Origin: Camelus dromedarius
Lineage: Eukaryota
NCBI RefSeq assembly: GCF_036321535.1
Contig: NC_087447.1
Location: 49,788,001-49,852,000 of the forward strand
Direction: 5' to 3'
Length of the DNA stretch: 64,000 nt
A model generated the notes under the pieces. The model saw nothing but the letters and a program-made list of their open reading frames with translations, had not been told where the DNA came from and did no database searches. Positions within the stretch are counted from its first letter, which is position 1. Each line of letters begins with the position of its first letter. Below, one piece after another: positions 52,716 through 64,000 of the stretch. Made by a program: the position numbers and the translations under genes.

Positions 52716-55367
52716 TTTGTATGATATGTTGGAATTACCAGAGGAGAAAAGATGGGGATAGGCAGAGAAATATGATATAACAGAGCATGATCTAATCCAT
52801 TCATTTTTAGTTGAAGAAAGTAGGGCTCAGAGTGATGATGCAACTTGTCCAAAGTCACATACTTGTGCCAGAATGACAATTGCAATCCAGTTTCCTGAAT
52901 AGCCTTTAGAGATAAGTGAATGACTGAGGAGCTTTTTCCCAGAAGTCATTCACTAAGTTGATTCTAACTCGGATTTTGATGACAAAGAGACAGAAGAGTT
53001 TGAAAATAGCTCCATTCAAGGTGGGAATTTGGAGAATTTGCTGAGAATGCTTATGTGGGGTACCTGTAGTGACAGAAGTTCTTGTGCTTAGTTTAAGAGG
53101 TTAGAACTTTGTGTTAATAACAGTAATTGTATAGTCTTTCAGTGTTTGGGTATCTTTTCACCATCACACAATCATTTTAACATGCACATAGTGACCTGAG
53201 GCCTTTTGAACGAGGTTATTTTCCTCAGTACTGAAGTGAGAAAACAGAAGCTCAGAAGAATTAAGTGATTTGTTAAAGGTCACACAGTGATAGGATTTAG
53301 GCTGTTGCTTGTTCCACTGCTCAGACTATATTCATCTCACTAACTCTAATAAGCTATCTTAAAAAAAAACTTCCTTTTTTCATAAAAGGATCAAAATAAA
53401 ATGTTGTGGTTGGATTAATAATGCTCTTTCTCTATATCCTGTAGTCTCTAAATTAAGATTCTGACATGATTTTGGGTCAGTAATCTATAATTAATGATTA
53501 AAGGATAGTATTTGTCCACACTTATCAGCATAATAGGGCAGTTCTGAAAAGTTACATAGCTGTGTGGAGTATCATGCAGGCTGTTCTGTTAAGCATGTTT
53601 TTCTTTTCCTTATGAGTCAGGAACAAAGAGATCTTTCCAAACTTTATAATGACCTGATCTTGATACATTATTAGATTTTTTTCCCCCTCCAATATTATTC
53701 ATGTCTAACTTCCAAAAGTGCTTTAATACCCAGTTCTCTTGTTTCATCTGTATGTCACCACTGAAAGAGCAAGAAATATTTTCTGCTTTTGGCTAGTGAG
53801 GGAATTAAAGCATAGCTCATTAACACTGATTAACTACTATATATGCTGGATAGAGTGTTAGGCACTAGAGCTATGAAGATAAATAAGCCAGAGTTCCTTA
53901 TGAAACAATTGAAGTTGGAATTAGAACCCAGATCACTTGGGGTTGGTTGGTTTTTTTATTTTTTAAATCCAGTATCTTTTCAAGTCCAAGAACCATATTG
54001 TCTCTTATTTTTCAACAAATTAATTTAATGCTCATCTTCATGAGGCTTATACTTTGAAAACTTTACCTTCATGTTGGATTCACTCCTGCCCACAATCGCA
54101 CCCACCCCCCTTTCTTTAATGGTATTTTTTTCCTTCTGATTTTAAAAGTAATATATGTACTTTGTGGACAGTTCAAAAAAGTTTGGAAAGCACAGAGAAG
54201 AGAATAAAAAGTTATCTGTAATCCTTCTGCCCAGCTGCAACCATTGTTAACATTTTGATGCGTATGATTTTAACCCCCCCCCAAGTATATATGTGCATAA
54301 AATATTTTGTGTTTGTAAAACTTTGGGTTCCTTCTAATCTTGAAACTGATTACATAATGCTTTCTCTTTTCTCTCATAAAATGAAATACTTCTTGAGATT
54401 GGCTTATAGTTTTCCTTGTAAGTTTTATTATTGCAGGCTCATCTTTTGGTGTTGGTGTATTCAGTTAAGTAATGATGTTGGTAAACAGGGAGCATGTGAT
54501 TAATTTTACTTTAGTAATAGATGTAGCAGGTATGGAAGTCAGATACGTGTTCACTGGAGATTTCTGCTGCCGGCTTTGGCCCTTCTAGCTCTAGTCAGAA
54601 AAAGAAGAGATGAAATATTCTATTCTGATAATCTATGTTCTTTCCCACCACTTCATCCCTCATGTTAATCCTTCACTGCAGAAGCAATTAAAAATTTTTT
54701 TAGCCACAACTCTTTCTGATCAAATAACTAAGTGTATTTTTGTTGACTTTGTACTGTTTTGAGTTATTTTTTAATCTTAGCTCTTGAATTTTTTAAGTTT
54801 TAATCCTCCTGCCTTTTAGGTAAAGTTTAATTTGGGGTGGCACTCACTGAAGCTCAAATCAGTTGCCTTTGAAAGAAAGTGGTAGGCAGACAATAATTAG
54901 TAGACAGTTAAAGACTTTAGGGATTGGGTATTATTATCTTTACACTGTCTTTTTGAAAGTAAAAAATAATATTAATCATTCATGTTTTTTTCTAGGGCTT
55001 TTATATTTTTAAAGCACTCTAACAGAATAACCAGACTCTGTTTTTTTGAGACCAGAGAACGTGTAGTATGCCTCTGACTCCCTTGTATTTAAGGAATATG
55101 TTTTCCGTAACAACCTCAAGAAGTGTTTGTGGAAAATATGCATGAATGATGGTGCCTGTGATCACATATGATGATTTTGTGAGGACTCTGACTAAAGCAG
55201 GAAGCTCTAAATTGGTTACCTGGTCTTATAATTGATGTATTTTTTGGTGGCTTGTTAGATATAGCCAACCTATTTCTCAGCATTGAAGTAGGTCCTGTCA
55301 TTTTCTGATCAGATTAAAACTTGATTGGAATAAAACGAACTAATAATGTGTTTTCCTTCTCTCTTAG

Positions 55368-55511
<144 letters not shown>

Positions 55512-56024
55512 TAAACAGAATCATGTTTTAAGTATCATTATAATAATATTTGTTGTTTAGTGTGGCTTAGGGTGAATGCTTTTTAAAGTGAAAATTCATT
55601 TTGTAACCACCCCAATGCATCTTTTCTAAATCCAGATTATGTTAATTTTCCTAAAAGAAAATCTCAACTAACTGTTTCTACATAATTCCTTAGGGGTTAA
55701 GGAAGACTGGTGAATTTTGATTAAATGTAATACAGTTTTATTCAATGTTTCAGATATTTTTTAAAACTTTGGATACATTTAAGAATGCCTGAGTCAGGCT
55801 TTATTACAGTCAATGCTGTCTGTGTATTTGAAGGTGGTTAGAAAGTGGGGAGGGAATCCACCTGTAGCAGGTACCTTCTCTCTGTGGTACATGCCGGTGA
55901 TTCATGTTCTCTGTCACACGTAAGACTGGCCACAAACCAGTGGGGTCAGTTTTCTACATTATTTCCTCTTCGTGATCATGTTATTTCATAATTCTTTGTC
56001 GCTGAAATCCTGTTGCCGGGGTGC

Positions 56025-57370
56025 TCCATTCGTTCAACAACTGTTTATGAAGCACCTGCTGTATGTCAGCCACTGTGCTCTAAGGGCTAAGGGTACAACG
56101 ATGAGCAAACAGATTTTTTTTTTTCCTGCTGTCATGGAGTCTGTGGAGGAGACTAACACTGATAAAGTAACCTAAAGATACCTACATAAACACAAATGGT
56201 GGTAATGAAATAATGGTGGTATAGAAGCATGTAATGAGGACCTTGCCTACTCTAATGGCTCAAGAAAGGCCTGTGGGGACTTGACTTTTAAGGTTACAAT
56301 GCAGAGGATAAATGGACATGAACAATGTGGAGGCAGTGGGGGCTGAACAGGGAAAGCATCCCAGGTAGAGGAGGGTAACATGCTGAGGGCCATGGAATGC
56401 CGGGGGAAATGGGGCCTGAAGGAAAGTCCGAGTGATAAAGGGAGAGTGATGCCAGATGAGGCTGGAAAGGTAGACAAGGACCACATAACACAGAACCTTT
56501 TAAAGGATTTTATCCTAAGAGCAGTAGAGTGTGTTGAAGGATTTTTAGCATGGCAGATATAGAATTAGATTTGAATTTTAATAATTTCACTCTGCTGATA
56601 AATTATGATTGTAGAAGAGGCAGGAATATATGTGGGAAGACAGTAAGAAGGATCTTAAAGTATATCAGGTAAGAGAGGTTGATACTTTTAACAGGGTTAT
56701 GGTACAATAGAAGATAGGAAAGTTTTCAGAGATAAAAATCATTAGGATCTGGTGATGGCTTGAATTTAGGGTGTAAGAAAAAAGAAGGTGTTAAGGACAA
56801 CTTTTGGGTTTCTTGCTTAGATGAAGTAACCAGATAAATAAAGGTGCCAGGTACTGAGAGAACTAAGGGACACTGGAGGAAGACCAGCTTTGGTGGAGGC
56901 AGATCGCGATTGAGTCAGAATTGATCATACAGACTTTGAGATGCCTTTGAGATATCCATGTGTAGGTGTTAAAGTAGACATTTGGATTATATGAGTCTGG
57001 AGTTCAGAGAAGAGAGTGAGTTAGAGATATAAACGTGGGACCAAAGCAACTAGTCATTAAAGTCATGCGTTCAGATAAGACAGACTAGGGACAAGCTGTG
57101 CAGTGAGAAAGAGGGGCTTAATAACCATGCCTTGGGGATCCTAACTTTTAAAGGCCAAACACAGGAGGAGGCATTGGGAAAAAAGTGGCTGACAAGGAAT
57201 CATGAGAGAGAGATGAGGAAAAGAGAGTGAAGTCTCTTGTAGAATCTCAGAGGTCAAAGAAAGAGGTTTTTGTTTTGGTTTGGTTTTTGGTTTTTAAAGG
57301 GAGGATGTGGTGAAATAAGATGAAGACTGAAAAATGCCCATTCCATTTGGCAGAATGCAAGCTATTCTAG
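56025..57370 (-). mobile_element. L2 LINE fragment
   Basis: 'tttatgaagcacctgctgtatgtcagccactgtgctc', 'ggattttatcctaagagcag', 'tttgagatgccttt..atccatgtg..gtctggagttcagagaagag'. Confidence 0.75.
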
Positions 57371-58389
57371 GTGCCTTCATCAGAACTCAGTTCAAGCTCT
57401 GACAAACCTTTTTTTCTTAATTTTAAAGCCCTTATCTTCTAAGTTCTTATAGTACAGCAATACCCTGTATATGCCTTTGACATAACACTTTTTAGCTCTT
57501 TCTTTCTTTATAGTCTGTAAGCTTCTTAAGGACAGATTTCCATATGTAATTTTGAATTCCCAGTACTTACCACTGTCCCTGAGACCTGGTATTTACTTAC
57601 TAAAAATGTTAGATTTAATGAGAGAATGTGGGAACTGCTACTGCTGTTCTTTCTAGTGCACCCCCAGGGTCAGGGTCAGCCATCCTGACCCGGTGAAGGG
57701 GTTAAGTTCCTCTTGCAGCTGGTAACTAGCTTACCGTCTGGCACATAGTAGTAATACTAATAGCTAATATCTATTGAATATTACTATCTATCAAACACTG
57801 TTTAAAAGTTTTATGTCTGTTACTGATTTAATCTCCCTAAGAATCCTATAGCCAGATACTAATAGTAGTTGAGGTTTTGAGTAGGCCAATAACTAACGCC
57901 CCTTCCTTCTCCTGATTTTGAAACACGTTTAGATTTAAGACAGGTGATAAATGAAGATCAGAATGTTGGTTATTATTGATGAAACGAATTGACAAGTTTG
58001 GCTTAAATTCTGTAACTGAAAGAGCTTGTATATGGTACTTCCTCCCAGCTTGAATCCCCACACCCGCAAATAACAGAACAAGTAGAACTGGGATCTTCCC
58101 TTTGGAGGGACAAAGCCTGATCCTCCGAGACAAAAGCAGAATTTATGTTTACTTTACACAGGCTGTTCCTGAATGGGGGGAACCTAGAAAGAAATAAGGC
58201 AGTCATGCTCAGTTTCATCTCCCAAACTCAGCAGTCAGATAAATCATCTGCCCGTCCTGGGGAGGAGTGAGTGAAGGACACAGAGAAACTAGAAATGTTC
58301 TTTTCAGAAACTTCTCTTCTGGGAAGTGGATTGGAAAGTTTTCCTGCTGTGTGGAAACATGGGAGCGCAGAGTAAGTGTTTCTCCCTAA

Positions 58390-58590
58390 CAACAGTAATA
58401 ATAATAACCAATGTTTAGTGAGCACTTATGTGCCAGGCACTATTCTAAGTGCTTTACATATTTTGCCTCATTTAAACCTCACAATTGTCCTTTTATAGAA
58501 GAGGAAGCCAGCACAGAGAAGTTAAGTAACTTTCCCAGGGTTACACAACTACTCAGTAGTGGGGCTGGGATTTGAAGTCAGATGGTCAAT
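58390..58590 (-). mobile_element. MIR SINE (other MIR copies at ~8310-8545, 23480-23690, 25285-25460, 61295-61520, 63470-63710)
   Basis: 'gagcacttatgtgccaggcactattctaagtgctttacata..cacagagaagttaagtaactttcccagggttacaca'. Confidence 0.75.
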
Positions 58591-59089
58591 AAATGCTTAC
58601 TGAATAAGTGATTGTAATAAGTGGTGCATTTTATTCTAAAGTCCTTCACTCAATGAGTTTTATAAATTTAAAGTTGAACTTATCTTTGCCCCTGTTCCAG
58701 CTTTCAAATAAACACCTGACATATAAGGTGAACCTTAAAAAGGGTTTTTCTTTTTCCTTGTTAAGAAAGCCATGAGCAGGGTGTTCAGTCAAGAAGGCAT
58801 TGTAAGTGTACACTTTGAGACCTGCTGCACCAAACAAAAACAGTGATAAAAAATCAGTGAAGTTTAAAGAGACATAACTTGCTAAAACAAACAAAAAGCA
58901 AGGTAATAAACATATCTGGAACAGAAATGAACTAGAAACACAGAGAAGTGGGCAGAAGCCTTGGGCTTAGTTGGCTGAAAGATGGGCTCCTCTGGGCAAG
59001 ATGAACACTCTCTCCCTATTACAGAAGGAGGCTGGGAAAAGATACCTTAGAAAAACCATCGATCTTTAAGGATAATTTAAAAAGGGAAA

Positions 59090-59990
59090 ATCTTAAAAGC
59101 TAGCAGAGAGAAGAAATATTACCCACGAGTTAGACTGACAGCAGACTTCTGACAGCAACAGTAGATGCCAGAGGAAATATATCTCCAAAGTGCTATAAAC
59201 TGTTCATGTATAATTTTATTTCTGGTAAACTTTCAGTCAGGAGTGAGGGTGAAAGAGAGGCAGTTTTAAGTACACAAAGACTGAGAGTTTATTTCCCACA
59301 GGTTCTTTATCTCTGCTGAATGGTGCAGATAGAGAAGTGATCCCAAAGGGAAGATGTGGGCTGCAACAGCAACGGACAGCCAGGTGCATACAAATGGTTA
59401 AAACGTTAGGGAATTTAGTTAACTACTGACTGAAACGGAAATGCACACTAAAACTAATTTACAGTAAGCTTGTGTGTTTTAAGGTAAAACAAATGGCCAC
59501 TGTTGTTCAAAGCATAGCCTGTGGACCAGAGCCAGTCTAAGAACTGTCTGTCACCAGTCTGTGGTGAGCCAAGTATAAAAAGTGAAAGTAAATGTCTTTA
59601 AACGTTTATAGCAATTTGACATTATTGTGGCTTTTTCTGTATTTTATAAAAGCATCAGCTCACAGTGAATTGAAGGAAAAGCAGCTGGTCCTTCCCCACA
59701 GAGAGTTTGAGAAGCGCTGCTCTAGACAACAATCATGAAGTGGGGGAGGCTGTTTAAAGAGTAAGATTCACTGAGGTCATCGGTTTGGTTGGGAGGACGA
59801 TGGAGACAGTAAACAATTTTAGAATTTCTTAGAAAAATCTGTTGCAGAATATGTATGTTAAAAATCTAAAGATGCCTAGTAGACACTATAAACAATATAG
59901 GTTTTTAATTAGCAGAGAAAGAAAAGGAGAATATACAGAGTAGAAAACTTTGTCAACTTGACAGGAATCAGACAAGGAAAGCGCAAAAGA
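59090..59990 (+). mobile_element. Ancient L1/HAL1 ORF1-end-like region with a nested hAT-Charlie-like element (~59498-59720)
   Basis: 'agactgacagcagacttctgacagcaacagtagatgccagagg' resembles the L1 ORF1 3' part; the nested element ends 'gtttgagaagcgctg'. Confidence 0.45.
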
Positions 59991-61887
59991 AAACAAATGG
60001 TGAACAGAAACATATGGTGCAGCTGTAAAAGTCAGTCCATATAGACTTGTAATCACAGTCATTGCACGTGGATAGCATATCTGGGATTGAAATATTTCAT
60101 AAAGGATTGCAAAATGCTGAAGCAACAAGGCTTTGAGAACAGGATTGTATTTTAAGAATTTGTGTTCTGTATGGAAGAGGAAAGGTTACACTTGTGAAGC
60201 AAAAAGGAAGCATGTTTTAGACAGTGACTCAAATTTTGGTTGACCAGTTCTTCAGCATTCTTGTTTTTCTACATTAGCTGTAACCAGAAACACATTTATT
60301 ATTCCTTCTGATGATTATGTTGTTGTTAATCCTTCCTCTGTCCACTTTAAAGTGTCTTCAGCCACTATGGGTCTAAAAGCTGAACTTCAGTTTGCTCAGA
60401 ACTTTTGCCTCTTTGTTTATCTGCTTCTCAAAAAGGCTTTACTCATTTCTGTTGTTTTTAGGAACCTGGTAAATCTCTCAACTATTTACTACATTGGGCT
60501 AGTAGTTCAGTCTCACTACCAGGAGTATATTTGAAAACTATTTACTACACTTGAAAATCTTTGACTAAAATATACACTGTGGGTTTGAATCCTTCATTCA
60601 GTAACCTCTGCTGGCATTATTGGGGGGTGATATGTTCTTGTTAATTTTGTGTAGTAAAATTTCATTTATTTGGCATACAAATGTAAAACTCTTAAATATC
60701 TAACTGCAGTACAGACAAATAAAGAATTGAATCAGTGATGGTAAAAAAATCTTCTCTCTTTAGTTGTAAAAGTGATTCGTGATTTTTTTCTGTCAATAAA
60801 TATCAAGTACATATTATGTGCCCATTATTAAACGAAGTATTGTGGCCTTTAAAAGTATTAGACGCAGATTCACAAACATTTATTCTTTTAGCTGAGATAA
60901 AACAGCGTTTATTCCAGAAGAGTTCCAGTTTACATATAGGTTTAGTTTAAAAAATTATTCTTGATATCAGTTGTTTAGGTCTTAACACAGGTGAATTATA
61001 GTAGAACCTTAAAGAATTTGGAGAGAACTGTAGGAAGAGGTTGGTGAATAAAGTTAGGGGGACTGGAGAGATGTTTCCCAAGTGAATTTTACTGCTAGGA
61101 TGGCAGTTGGGGAAACATGGGAATGAGAGGCTGTTGGGCCAGCTCTGTATTCAGTAAGCTGGAAACCTTTCAGATCCCAGTGCAGGAGTCTTGCCTTTTA
61201 TATAGACTTGTAGGGTTATCTTTGCCTGAATTACTTTTTGGCAACTACTGTTCTTTTTGAGAGGATGCTGACAACTACTTGGGTGAATGTACACTCCAGT
61301 GGTTAAGAATATGGATTTTGGAGTCAGATTTATGTGAATTTAATTCCAGGCATAACTGCTGCTTGCTTGTGAGAGAGATTTTGGGCAAATTGAGTCATCT
61401 CTGAGTTTGTTTTTTCATCTGTAAGTGTAGATAACAGTTTCTACCTCATTATAAATTATTTTGAATATTGAAGGTGATAATGTGTATTACAGGCCTGGCA
61501 CATGGGTAGAGTTCAATAATATATGGAAACAACTACTCACTAGGCTCTAAACCCTATGATAAGAGGAATTACATCTCTGATGCTTACTGCCGTGTCCCTT
61601 GAACAGTGCCTGGCATGTGGTAGGTGCTCAGTAAAATTTTATTAATGAATGAAGGTGAATGCTTGTTATATTTAGGACTACCGTAGCGATACTTGAGATT
61701 AAAAATCTTCAGGGGATGGTGTTTTCCTCTCCTACTCTGCTTTACCTCTAGCCCCAACTTTTGGAGTTTTGTTTTTATGTAACTCATGCTGTCATAATAA
61801 CTCCTAACTATTGCATTTTCGATAAAGTGCAAAAAGCTTTAGAGGTTGAGAATTCTTTTTCTCAAACTGTAGCAGCAGTGTCTTCAG

Positions 61888-61906
61888 AGTCCAGTAGGTG
61901 GCGGTG
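61888..61906 (+). promoter_or_regulatory. CTCF motif (intron 5)
   Basis: AGTCCAGTAGGTGGCGGTG, with upstream-module-like AGCAGTGTC at 61874-61882 (5-bp spacer). Confidence 0.55.
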
Positions 61907-64000
61907 CTTTCTCATTATAATGGAAAAAAATTAGAGCAGGCGTCAAATCCAAGTAAAAAGGACCAAATCTTTTTGGAATAATGAAACTCTCAGGAGATTG
62001 AAATAGCAATTTGGTGATTAATTTCACAAATGCAGTCACATAACTTGATCATCTCAAGTACATAGTCCAGCTGAGATTGAAGATTTAGGGACAACAGCAA
62101 AATTCAAGGTCTGTTTCAAGAGCCTGTACAAATGAAAATTCCTGTTTTTTGAAGGCATAATAACTTTTCAAAAGTAGAAAATCTAAATTCTAATCTCAGT
62201 TTTGTTCTGGTACTGTGTTCCTTGAACAAATCACTAAACCTCTCTTAGTTTTTGGTTTCTCATTTCAAAAGTAACAACATCTTAGTCAGCTGATTAACAC
62301 TAGAGGGAATATGAGAGTTATCCAGCTCAGTGCCCTTAGCTCACGGGTAAAGAAACTGAGACTCAGGGAGCCTCATGACCTCTTAAACTTGACATGGCAA
62401 GTCAGTTTCATGCTTTAAAAGTAACTTAGACATAGCTATAATATCATATATATGTAATATATAATATAATGAAGTCACTACATACTTTCATAGCTCTTTT
62501 GCCTTTAAGGATTTGCCTATAAATTATTTCTCTTCATTCTTATAACAGCCCTTGAGGAAGGCAGAACAACTATTACTAGTAGTTTTAGTCGTAGTAGTAG
62601 CAACAGGGATCTAGTAGGTATACAGTAAGTATTTGAGGGAATAAGTGAATGACAAGATATCAGGCTGAGTTAGTGGCAGAACCAGGATCAGAACAGGTCG
62701 CTCTTTTTCTAGATACGCACTTTCTTCATTACACCACGTCACCTGTGTAAAAGTGATGCCTAGGTGATTTTCATCATTTAATTGCTTTTGAGGTTTCTTC
62801 CATCATTTTAATTTCACTCACTGTGATTGTGATTAAAAGCTGTTAAAAATACCTTCTTTAACTTATAGCAACTCAGGTGGGCAAGTATTAGTATTTTCAT
62901 TCCTCGGATGAAGATGCTGAAACCTAGAAAAGTTAAGAGATTTTCATTTAGTCAACTTTATAGAACTGAGAAATTTAAAAGATGGCCATTTCCTCTTGCC
63001 AGTCAAATGAATGGATATTGACCTGCTTCCAAAGCACGTCCTACACAGTAGCCAAGCAGAACATTCAGAAGTAGGGATTAAGTGTGTCAAGTAGCCTATG
63101 TTTTCACAACAGAGAAAGGGATGTGGTATCATTTCTACCCAAGTCTCTCTGTACATCATCAAGCAAAAGTTGGAAAATTGCAAAAATAGCCCATTCCTAT
63201 ACATACTCTATTCAGTTTTCCTTGATGAGCTCTCCTCTGCCCCCCAACCGGGTTACAAAATACAAGAAACAGACTAGACAGATAGATCTTAAGGGGCTGC
63301 TTCTTATTATAAGACATCTGCTGCTTTGTTATAAGTCAGCTAGGTATCTGAGCTCAGTTTAAATCCAGGGTAAAACTTTGTTTCTGAATTATTTGAGCTG
63401 ATGTGATATCCTAGTAATGGTGTTACCCCAGGTGGGTGTGGAGCTTTTGAAAACTACCATTGCTAGTTTTCACTTACTGAGCATCTACTGTATGTCAGAC
63501 ACTATTCTAGCTACAGACACTATACTGCACTATTTAACCTGTGTAACAACTCCAGGAGTTGTTATCCTCATTTTATAGGTACGGTGTCCTAGAAGAAAAC
63601 ATTAAACTATTTATCCAAGATTATTTAGCCGGTAAGTACCAGAACCATGATTTGAAACCAGTTCTGACTTACTCAAAGGCTCTTTCTTTTAACCGCCATG
63701 CTATGTGGTATCTCTACATTTCTTCCTACTTTACGTCGCATGTCAGAGTACCAAGTCGCTCTCTTTACATTTAACTGGAGATATCCACTGTGTGCATTGT
63801 GAGAATCAAATGAGAGAGTACGTGGGGAAGTGCTTTGAATGGTATAAAGTGCATTATTGTACAGACTGTGGGTATTTATTATTGTAGAGTGGGCATGCAA
63901 TACCCCTGAGGCCACCAACCCACCAAAGTCCACACAAGTTCCACACATTAGTCACTCTATTTGGCTTCCCTCTGAGTCTTTTTTTTCCTTTTCTCTTGGA

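Overview
Mammalian genomic DNA, most likely a camelid (Camelus/Vicugna): five tRNA-derived SINE copies resemble the camelid Vic-1 family, and I saw no Alu, BovB, PRE-1 or Can-SINE copies. The window holds about 10 kb of repeat-rich upstream sequence, a CpG-island promoter (~9.3-10.7 kb) and the first five coding exons of UVRAG on the + strand (10095-10211, 35094-35211, 42375-42409, 47752-47913, 55368-55442). These splice with GT-AG boundaries into an uninterrupted 507-nt (169-codon) frame covering the Pro-rich N-terminus and C2 domain, and the gene continues beyond the window. The rest is intron/intergenic DNA made of L1, L2, MIR, MaLR/ERV LTRs, hAT DNA transposons and microsatellites; the other ORFs in the track appear to be spurious or L1 remnants. 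I found no new gene system. The most interesting signals are regulatory: an ATF4-like two-uORF 5' leader with an in-frame GUG in strong Kozak context, a compact RFX/ETS/CLEAR/Sp1/NF-Y promoter cluster, three good CTCF motifs and an intact ERV1-type solo LTR. Repeat family names and most repeat boundaries are recognised by eye and are approximate.
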